From IMG/VR virus record IMGVR_UViG_3300009164_000039: DNA of 64,000 nucleotides, one strand, 5' to 3'. Made by a program: the position numbers and the translations under genes. Below the pieces are notes generated by a model. It did not search any database and was not told the origin of the DNA. It saw only the letters and a program-made list of their open reading frames with translations. Shown one piece after another: positions 30,676 to 38,040 of this stretch (its first letter is position 1; each line of letters starts with the position of its first letter). The DNA is from a virus.

Positions 30676-31961
30676 ACAAACCTGATTCGTTATGCTTGGC
30701 TCCTTGGACACACACATATCTTAGTCCGCAGACTGAGCGCCGCATGTGTTGTGCAAGTCGCGAGCCTGCACAAAACTTTCAACAGTATATTGACACCAGC
30801 GCCGGTTCTGGCAAGTATATACCTATCACTCTGGACGAACATTGGAACGGTGACCACATGCGCTCCGTACGAAAACGCATGCTGTCCGGCGAAACATTAC
30901 CCGAGTGCGAAGTATGTAATGATAAACTGTTGAATACCTCTGTGTATAGAGATTACTTCACGCACTTGTTTGCACACAAACTTGACCAAGTACATGCCAG
31001 TACAGATGACACCGGGCACACTACAATGCAACCGATCAGCTGGGACTATAGATTTAGTAATCTTTGTAATTTCAAATGTCGCATGTGTGGAGACATGTTG
31101 AGCAGTGCATGGGAAAGCGAGCAACGTGTACATGGCATGATAGATTGGAACAATCCAAAGAACAACTGGATGAAGCCAGTCATACGCGATGAAATACATC
31201 AGTTTCAAACCACGCAGGTTGAACATGAGTTCAGTCAGGCAGTTGAAGAACATCGTGTTGAGGAGATATATTGGGTGGGTGGCGAACCCTTGATGTACGA
31301 ACAACATTGGAAGTACATGAAAAGAATAATTGAATTAGGGGACGGACCAAATGTCTATGCAAGATATAATACAAATCTCAGCCGTGTTGATTATCGCGGT
31401 GTCAATCTTTATCGGGATATTTTATCTGGGTTACGGGATTGGCAAATCTGCGCATCGCTCGACGGAACAGGTAAAATTGGTGAGTACATTAGATCAGGTC
31501 TCGACTTCGATGCTTGGCTTGAGAACTTCGCTCAAGGAGTTGCGATTGCGACTAATCCTAGACAGATGCGAATCGACTACACCCTTACCCTGCCAGGAAT
31601 GTTTGAGGTTGAACGGATTGAACGACTGTCCGCAACCTACGGAGTACAAGTTCTGGCGAAGGTAGTTTTTAGTTTCAGTCCGGACATAGTTATGTCACCT
31701 TTAGCCCTACCTCGGGACATGTTACACTCTTGGGTAGATGAAATACTTTCTGTGGTGAAGACCGACTCGTTAAAGGATATCTTGGTTCAGCTGAAAACTA
31801 GACCTACGTTTGCGGAACAGTGGCCCGACCAATATCAAACAGCACTGCGCCGTGGTAAAGACCGTGTGTTGAAATTAGAAAGCATACGAGACAATCCTAT
31901 CACAATGGCAGAGATATTGAGTGAACGATCGGATGTATTGCACTGGTGGAATAACATATGA
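30672..31961 (+). CDS. Radical SAM protein with N-terminal twitch domain (6 of 6)
   Basis: 'LCLAPW.H...RRMCC...ECEVC', then CNFKCRMC and 'WVGGEPL'. Confidence 0.9.
   Translation: MNKPDSLCLAPWTHTYLSPQTERRMCCASREPAQNFQQYIDTSAGSGKYIPITLDEHWNGDHMRSVRKRMLSGETLPECEVCNDKLLNTSVYRDYFTHLFAHKLDQVHASTDDTGHTTMQPISWDYRFSNLCNFKCRMCGDMLSSAWESEQRVHGMIDWNNPKNNWMKPVIRDEIHQFQTTQVEHEFSQAVEEHRVEEIYWVGGEPLMYEQHWKYMKRIIELGDGPNVYARYNTNLSRVDYRGVNLYRDILSGLRDWQICASLDGTGKIGEYIRSGLDFDAWLENFAQGVAIATNPRQMRIDYTLTLPGMFEVERIERLSATYGVQVLAKVVFSFSPDIVMSPLALPRDMLHSWVDEILSVVKTDSLKDILVQLKTRPTFAEQWPDQYQTALRRGKDRVLKLESIRDNPITMAEILSERSDVLHWWNNI
31351..31665 (+). CDS. Overprinted 104-aa TM + coiled-coil protein (+1 frame inside radical SAM gene 6), i-spanin-like architecture
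   Basis: AGGGGA about 8-9 nt before ATG 31351. N-terminal TM 'ISAVLIIAVSIFIGIFYLGYGIG'. 4-3 heptad L43/L47/V50/M54/L57/L61/L64/L68. Four Cys in the tail. Confidence 0.55.
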   Translation: MSMQDIIQISAVLIIAVSIFIGIFYLGYGIGKSAHRSTEQVKLVSTLDQVSTSMLGLRTSLKELRLRLILDRCESTTPLPCQECLRLNGLNDCPQPTEYKFWRR

Positions 31962-32719
31962 TATTATTAAGTTCTGGCGATAGCTTTACATATGGCAACG
32001 AGCTCAGTGATGACAACCCTGCACGTGCTAGTAACAACACATGGTCGGCGAACCTAGCAAAACATTTTGGGTTTGAGCACCAGTGTGTGGCCAAAGGCGG
32101 CGCCGGCAACGACTATATTTCTAGATCACTCATAACACAGGCCAATGAACTTCGTAAAAAAAGCAAACAGTTTGCAGTAGCGGTAATGTGGACCTATCCT
32201 GGACGCATTGAATTAAAAGTTCAGTCCGAGTGGCACCAACTAAACGATTATGTATTTTGGGATTCGACTGAAAAACTACAAGCACAGTGGCCCGATAAAG
32301 GTGAAAAATTTTATGCATCAATACTAGACAGAATTCAAAAAGACCGAGAAGCAAATCGATTGGATTTGTTCAGAGACTATATGAAATTTACGGTGTTAAC
32401 TGGTGACTATGCAATAGTAAAATCTTATCAAAGTATATTTGTTACCGCACAATATCTAATGCATCATGAAATTCCTTTCTTTTTTGTAAATGCAGTTGAC
32501 GAGGCAAACATCACTGGAAATTACATACCTCAGGACAGTTTGCCTTACCTGGACAGCATTGACCAGCAAGACTGGATGCCTGTTCCTAGTTTCTATTCCT
32601 GGGCAAAAGAAAATAATTATAAATTTGGGTCAGCACACCCATTGGATCGAGCACACACAGATTACGCTAAACTGATACTAGCTACAGGATTGGTAGAAAC
32701 AAAATGGCAATTAAAGTAG
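31958..32719 (+). CDS. SGNH/GDSL-like hydrolase or acyltransferase
   Basis: Block I 'SGDSFTYG', block II 'AKGGAGN', C-terminal 'HP...H'. Confidence 0.6.
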   Translation: MILLSSGDSFTYGNELSDDNPARASNNTWSANLAKHFGFEHQCVAKGGAGNDYISRSLITQANELRKKSKQFAVAVMWTYPGRIELKVQSEWHQLNDYVFWDSTEKLQAQWPDKGEKFYASILDRIQKDREANRLDLFRDYMKFTVLTGDYAIVKSYQSIFVTAQYLMHHEIPFFFVNAVDEANITGNYIPQDSLPYLDSIDQQDWMPVPSFYSWAKENNYKFGSAHPLDRAHTDYAKLILATGLVETKWQLK

Positions 32720-33798
32720 TATTACGAAACCCATTGGATCAGCAAGATCTAATAGACTATGACATTGTGCCCGATGACACATTGTTGGCACATGACTGGC
32801 AACAGGCACTAAAAGAACTGTTAGTGCAAGGTCGCATGCTGGAAAAGAACTTTTGTTTTCTCGGCTTTCCTGGCACTGCACGTACACTTGATTACATCTG
32901 CAAAGAATTAAACGAATGCGTGTACGATGTCAATGCTATGGATTGGCAGTCAGTTGGACTTGCACCGTATATAATTGAAGAGTGGTTCACACCTGACTCA
33001 GTTAGATTTGGTTTAGAATATCCCTGTGAGCTAACCGATACCAGCCTAGGATTATCAGTCAAACACGAAGTAATGAACAAACTGCACAATCATTTTGAGA
33101 GACTTCAAGGCACTGTATGGTCACCTAGTGAGTATTATACTCAGGCCACTCCAACTGTTAAGTATGCAATTAGACAACTCAACACACTGTGCCATGAAAT
33201 TGAATCTCTGGTGCTGAGCCAACGCAAGGCATATCGTTTGCCAGAATGGGTACGCCCAAGCCAAATTACTACGTTTATCAGCGCACCAAGATACGATCTT
33301 AAAGATCGGCATCGTGAAGGATTTGTTACCAATGGATATGACAGAAAATTTGGACATGTGTACATGCACTGGGCACAAATTGGCAAAACACTGTTTGAAG
33401 TATTTCGTGATGAGCATGCACCAGAACTAACTGATACTGTATGTGAAGCAATCACTCAATTGAAATACTATTCCGGTGAATTTGACATTGAATGGGGACG
33501 AGATGTAGTACGTACAGGCGACTTTCCGTGGCACGTGGAAGAACAGGATCGTTTTGAAAAATGGTTGATACAAAACAACATAGATCCAAAAAATCCTGCA
33601 ATGAGCTCAGGATATTTGCCATTGGGACAGGTAGAATTACAACAGAGTTTTGGCACAACCGATATTGGCACCATTTGGCAAATACTCAGCACACACCTGG
33701 ATATATACAGTATCGAGGTAGACGGAGTTGTTCAAACATATGATTACTGTTGGAGCGATACTGACTACAAGCAGTCGCAGATCAGGAGACTACTATGA
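32704..33798 (+). CDS. Hypothetical protein (364 aa)
   Basis: Long ORF coupled to both neighbours; no motif recognised. Confidence 0.75.
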   Translation: MAIKVVLRNPLDQQDLIDYDIVPDDTLLAHDWQQALKELLVQGRMLEKNFCFLGFPGTARTLDYICKELNECVYDVNAMDWQSVGLAPYIIEEWFTPDSVRFGLEYPCELTDTSLGLSVKHEVMNKLHNHFERLQGTVWSPSEYYTQATPTVKYAIRQLNTLCHEIESLVLSQRKAYRLPEWVRPSQITTFISAPRYDLKDRHREGFVTNGYDRKFGHVYMHWAQIGKTLFEVFRDEHAPELTDTVCEAITQLKYYSGEFDIEWGRDVVRTGDFPWHVEEQDRFEKWLIQNNIDPKNPAMSSGYLPLGQVELQQSFGTTDIGTIWQILSTHLDIYSIEVDGVVQTYDYCWSDTDYKQSQIRRLL

Positions 33799-33893
33799 GT
33801 TGGCTTAAAAAAATATACAACAGAATTAAAATGGAAATTGCTTATCGCAAGCGATTAAAAGAGTTGCGTAAACGAGATCCATTTATCTACTGA
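33795..33893 (+). CDS. 32-aa basic peptide MSWLKKIYNRIKMEIAYRKRLKELRKRDPFIY (not in the ORF track)
   Basis: SD AGGAGA at 33784-33789; ATGA overlap with the upstream stop; TGA at 33891-33893, 1 nt before the next ATG. Confidence 0.7.
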   Translation: MSWLKKIYNRIKMEIAYRKRLKELRKRDPFIY

Positions 33894-33894
33894 C

Positions 33895-34587
33895 ATGAAA
33901 AAAATACTTGTTCTAGCCTGTAGTAGCGGATTGGGCGTCGAATGCGAAGATGTAATCAATCATTGCTGGCCCAACATACTAGGAGACCTTACTAACACCG
34001 CAGTAACCAATGCCTCTGAAGCTGGCGGTAGCAATGACATGATGTATCGCAAAGCACTGTCAATGACTGCAACTGAATCGTATGACCTGGTATTGATTGC
34101 ATGGACAAACATTGATCGCATGGAAGTGTATTTTAACGAAGAGATTGTGTCTAATAGATTACCTGACGTACTAATCAGTGAAAAATTTCCTCGTGTGCAA
34201 GGACCTGGGCCAGTCAGTGTGTCTCATCATTGGAGTGACTTGCCTTGGATTGAAAAATACTATGGCATGCACTATAATGAACGTTACTTACTAGAGCGAT
34301 GGTTGCACCAAGCAATCACACTTCAAGAATATTTCAAAGCCAAAAAACAGCCATTTGCTTACATATCAAACTTTGGAAACACTCAGTATCTAAAAAATCA
34401 TACAGACATTCCTATGTTAAAGATGCTGGATGTAAAATCTTGGATTGGTAACTGGCCTGGGTCAACTTTACGCGACTGGGGTGCACCAATTGGCGTACAC
34501 AAATATGGTCATTTTACGTTAGACGCACATAAATTTATTGCAGAAAAAATACATGAGCATATTAGGAATCGCGGCTGGCTTTCATGA
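33895..34587 (+). CDS. Divergent SGNH-like protein
   Basis: 'LVLACSSGLG', 'NASEAGGSN', 'VLIAWTNIDRME', C-terminal 'GHF...AH'; same layout as 31958..32719. Confidence 0.5.
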   Translation: MKKILVLACSSGLGVECEDVINHCWPNILGDLTNTAVTNASEAGGSNDMMYRKALSMTATESYDLVLIAWTNIDRMEVYFNEEIVSNRLPDVLISEKFPRVQGPGPVSVSHHWSDLPWIEKYYGMHYNERYLLERWLHQAITLQEYFKAKKQPFAYISNFGNTQYLKNHTDIPMLKMLDVKSWIGNWPGSTLRDWGAPIGVHKYGHFTLDAHKFIAEKIHEHIRNRGWLS

Positions 34588-36034
34588 TGCCGCACTAGCG
34601 GTAATTGACAAGCATGGGGACATTGTATTTGCTGGACACAGTGAGCGTTACAGCAAAATCAAACACGACAAAAATTTATCGCCAGGCTTGATTGCCGAAG
34701 TATGCAAATTTGATATACATGAAATAGCATATTATGAACGTCCTTGGGCACAACAGTTGCGTAGATTGTACACCGGCGAAGGAGTAGAGTGGAACAAGCT
34801 CACAGTCCGGCAGATATTAAAAAAACAAATTAACGAGTTCAGTGCATTCTCTGGACCAGTAGTAGCATATCCGCATCATCTGAGTCATGCGGCAGCAGGA
34901 TTTCAAACAAGCCCATTTACCCGTGCCACAGTGGTTGTGATAGACGCTGTAGGTGAATGGGACACAATAACCATCTGGGGCGCAGAATACGATCGCAATG
35001 GACACGCACAGTACAAGAAGTTATGGCAACAAGGTTACCCGCATAGTATAGGATTGTTCTACAGTGCAATGACCCAGCGAGTAGGGTTGAAGCCCCTGGA
35101 CGAAGAATACATTTTGATGGGCATGGCAGCGTATGGTGAGCGTGGCTTTGGTGACCTATTAAAAATGGACATGATAGAATCAGAATTTGACATTCGATTC
35201 AAACACAATCTACACACTGGTATAGATAAAAAATATCTAGCCTACATCAGTGACTTTGATATAGCTGCCGGCGCACAAGATCTTGTGGAAACACTCATAC
35301 TCAATGTTATGCTACGTGCTAAGAAGTTTGGGTGGAGTAGCAATCTGGTGTACGGTGGAGGTGTTGCGCTCAACTGTGCCGCCAATAGATTTTTAGGAGA
35401 ATATTTTGATAACATTTGGATTATGCCTTGTCCTGGTGATGCTGGTTCTAGTCTGGGGGCCGCCGCTGTTAGTTTCCGTGGTTGTATTAATTGGACTGAT
35501 GCTTGTCTTGGGCATGATATACCTGGCGACTATCCTGTTAATGATGCCGTGGCTGCTCTTTTGCGTGGTGATATTATTGGTGTGGCGAGCGGTCGAGCCG
35601 AGTTCGGCCCGAGAGCGTTGGGAAACAGAAGTCTCCTCGCAGACCCAAGAGGAACAGAAATCAAAGACAAAGTAAATGAAATCAAACGTAGACAAAAGTT
35701 TAGACCCTTTGCACCCGTTGTATTGGAAGAGATGGCTGATCAGTATTTTACTATGCCTCGCGGGTGGGATCGCAGTCGGTACATGCAGTCAGTCGCTGAC
35801 TGTAGGCATCCTGAGTTATTTCCTGCTATTGTTCACGCTGACGGAACTAGTCGTGTTCAGACCGTACCGAAAGATGGAAGCGGAATTAGAGAGCTCCTTG
35901 AAAAATGGTTCGTGTTAACTGATTGTCCTATGTTGCTAAACACCAGCCTAAACATACGTGGCGAACCTATGGTCAATGATCGTGCTGACGCAGACCGCTT
36001 TGAAAAGTTATATGGCATAAAGGTCTACAGTTAA
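34553..36034 (+). CDS. O-carbamoyltransferase, NodU/CmcH/TobZ family
   Basis: 'GFHDAA', 'HHLSHAA', 'VIDAVGE', 'EYILMGMAAYG', 'GRAEFGPRALGNRSLLADP', 'FRPFAP', 'HADGTSRVQTV', 'LLNTSLN'. Confidence 0.95.
   Translation: MSILGIAAGFHDAALAVIDKHGDIVFAGHSERYSKIKHDKNLSPGLIAEVCKFDIHEIAYYERPWAQQLRRLYTGEGVEWNKLTVRQILKKQINEFSAFSGPVVAYPHHLSHAAAGFQTSPFTRATVVVIDAVGEWDTITIWGAEYDRNGHAQYKKLWQQGYPHSIGLFYSAMTQRVGLKPLDEEYILMGMAAYGERGFGDLLKMDMIESEFDIRFKHNLHTGIDKKYLAYISDFDIAAGAQDLVETLILNVMLRAKKFGWSSNLVYGGGVALNCAANRFLGEYFDNIWIMPCPGDAGSSLGAAAVSFRGCINWTDACLGHDIPGDYPVNDAVAALLRGDIIGVASGRAEFGPRALGNRSLLADPRGTEIKDKVNEIKRRQKFRPFAPVVLEEMADQYFTMPRGWDRSRYMQSVADCRHPELFPAIVHADGTSRVQTVPKDGSGIRELLEKWFVLTDCPMLLNTSLNIRGEPMVNDRADADRFEKLYGIKVYS
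35406..35675 (+). CDS. Overprinted 89-aa multi-TM protein (+1 frame inside the carbamoyltransferase), holin-like architecture
   Basis: AGGAGA at 35395-35400, 5 nt before TTG 35406. First 60 residues contain no charged amino acid; charged C-terminal tail. Confidence 0.6.
   Translation: MITFGLCLVLVMLVLVWGPPLLVSVVVLIGLMLVLGMIYLATILLMMPWLLFCVVILLVWRAVEPSSARERWETEVSSQTQEEQKSKTK
35676..35918 (+). CDS. Overprinted 80-aa two-TM protein coupled to 35406..35675
   Basis: TAA (35673-35675) is directly followed by ATG (35676). TM-like 'WLISILLCLAGGIAVG' and 'LTVGILSYFLLLFTLTELVVF'. Confidence 0.5.
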   Translation: MKSNVDKSLDPLHPLYWKRWLISILLCLAGGIAVGTCSQSLTVGILSYFLLLFTLTELVVFRPYRKMEAELESSLKNGSC

Positions 36035-38040
36035 TGTATGATGTATTTTATACCGGCACAGCACCTGGCGTGTTTGCACACGAACGCAGTGCCAACAACA
36101 TTGAACACGCACAGCAACTGAGTCGTACACGTTACTTCTGGTGGGTAACTGCACATTGTGACTACACCGACTTTGATTTTTACTTCACACCTGTACCTTG
36201 GCAAGGAGACTTCACGCATGTATGGCCCACACAATGGAAAGAGTTCTTTGGTGCATACCTTGTGCCCACCAACAGTAAACAACTAAACTATCACCACCAC
36301 AGTGAAGTGTTACCTCCGCGGCAGCATCCAGAGCACTATACAAAACTAATCAACTGCGAGTTTGATACTGAGTGGGTTCCGCATCCTTGGGACCCACCTT
36401 ACATCTATGTGTTTGGTAACCAGTGGTACCCAGCAGAGAAAATGCCCACTGTTGAATATCATGCGCCGGGTGCAACTGAGCGCAAGTTCATGCCGTGGCC
36501 ACGTGCGCAACTGGTTCCTGACACTACATTATGGACAGTGCCAGAAGGCATTGATCCCGGCGACGTGGATTTTTCATGGGTGCCCGATCCGGGCTCACCT
36601 CCATATATCTATCAGTTTGCCACACAGCATCAGAAAACAGGTGGCCCACAATATCGTATGCCCGGTGCAACTGAAGTAAAGTATGTGGAACAAGTAAAGG
36701 TACGCACCAGTCGTGTGGCTACAGCCGTTTATGAAATTGATCACAGTGACGGCAACACCGGGTATGTTCCAAACATTACTCGACGTATTCGATTCTTTGA
36801 CAACTACAAGGACACACTGATACGTCTGGCAACCAGTATAGGCGATGAACATGACTTTGTGTGGATATGTAGCAGTGCGTGTGACTACACAAACTTTGAC
36901 TTCACATGGCACCCAGAACAATGGCAAGCTACTATGTTGCATGTGTTCCCAAGCAACGACCAAAAGTTTGGAGACACATTCTTCATGCATGTGCCCACCT
37001 TTAGAGCACGTGCTGAACAGTACGAATTGTTAGATTGGTATGACCTAAACTTCTGCACCGACCAGTTAGTGCCACGCAGACCATTTCCATGTGTTGAATA
37101 TTCTGGATCCAGTGTTGTACCAGTTATTCGCGAGCATGAGTTTTTGGCCCCGTATACGTTATTTCAGCATACCTTGTACAGTTCAACACAAGTACATGCT
37201 AGTCCGAGCCTGTGGAGTAAAAAACACCGTGAACTGATTACATTTAGCGCAGGAAACAGCGCCGCACTAGTGCCTAAAGATGTAAAACAACACCTTGAGA
37301 CACAGGTTTATGACTACCCTTGGATCAAGAAAAGTAACGATCGCTTGCCCGAACTGCCACAAGACATTGTGTTTATCAGTTACGATGAATTGAATGCAGA
37401 TCAAAACTATCACAATCTTGTGAGCCGTTTTTCAAATGCCAAACGAGTACACGGTGTTGAAGGAATGGTTGCGGCACTAGAAGCAGCCGCACGTGCTAGC
37501 ACAACTGATTGGTTCTATGCAGTGTTTGCCAAGACACAGGTACATGAGTCATTTGTGTTTGACTTTGCACCAGATCGTTTCCAACAACCCAAGCATTACA
37601 TATTCTATGCTATCAATGCAGTGAATGATCTAGTGTATGGAGAAATGGGCATCATCTTATACAACCGTCAAATGGTACTGGACGGTCCTGCTGAACTGGG
37701 CATTGACTATACCATGAGCTTTCCAAATGAAACCATACCGCAAATCAGTGCTTACGGTAACTTCAACACAGATCCATATCAGACCTGGCGTACTGCATTC
37801 CGTGAAACTGCAAAACTATGTTTGTTCCAGTATCAGACACCCAGCGTGGAAACAGAACACAGACTTGGTACATGGTTGTCACACGCACGTGGTGCGCATG
37901 CTGAGTGGGCATTGCGTGGTGCGCAGGACGGAAAACAATTCTTTGAAGAAGTAGGTGCAGACGAAGCGCAACTAAAAGCAATGTTTAGTTGGAAATGGTT
38001 ACGTGAACGCTACTGTAGTCTTTACGAAAAAACTTCTTGA
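36034..38040 (+). CDS. Modular glycosyltransferase-like protein (668 aa)
   Basis: C-terminal domain from about 37363 is paralogous to 23528..24418 ('DIVFISYDE...KRVHGVEG...AA.AS.TDWF', 'TWRTAFRE..K'); repeated N-terminal modules. Confidence 0.6.
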   Translation: MYDVFYTGTAPGVFAHERSANNIEHAQQLSRTRYFWWVTAHCDYTDFDFYFTPVPWQGDFTHVWPTQWKEFFGAYLVPTNSKQLNYHHHSEVLPPRQHPEHYTKLINCEFDTEWVPHPWDPPYIYVFGNQWYPAEKMPTVEYHAPGATERKFMPWPRAQLVPDTTLWTVPEGIDPGDVDFSWVPDPGSPPYIYQFATQHQKTGGPQYRMPGATEVKYVEQVKVRTSRVATAVYEIDHSDGNTGYVPNITRRIRFFDNYKDTLIRLATSIGDEHDFVWICSSACDYTNFDFTWHPEQWQATMLHVFPSNDQKFGDTFFMHVPTFRARAEQYELLDWYDLNFCTDQLVPRRPFPCVEYSGSSVVPVIREHEFLAPYTLFQHTLYSSTQVHASPSLWSKKHRELITFSAGNSAALVPKDVKQHLETQVYDYPWIKKSNDRLPELPQDIVFISYDELNADQNYHNLVSRFSNAKRVHGVEGMVAALEAAARASTTDWFYAVFAKTQVHESFVFDFAPDRFQQPKHYIFYAINAVNDLVYGEMGIILYNRQMVLDGPAELGIDYTMSFPNETIPQISAYGNFNTDPYQTWRTAFRETAKLCLFQYQTPSVETEHRLGTWLSHARGAHAEWALRGAQDGKQFFEEVGADEAQLKAMFSWKWLRERYCSLYEKTS

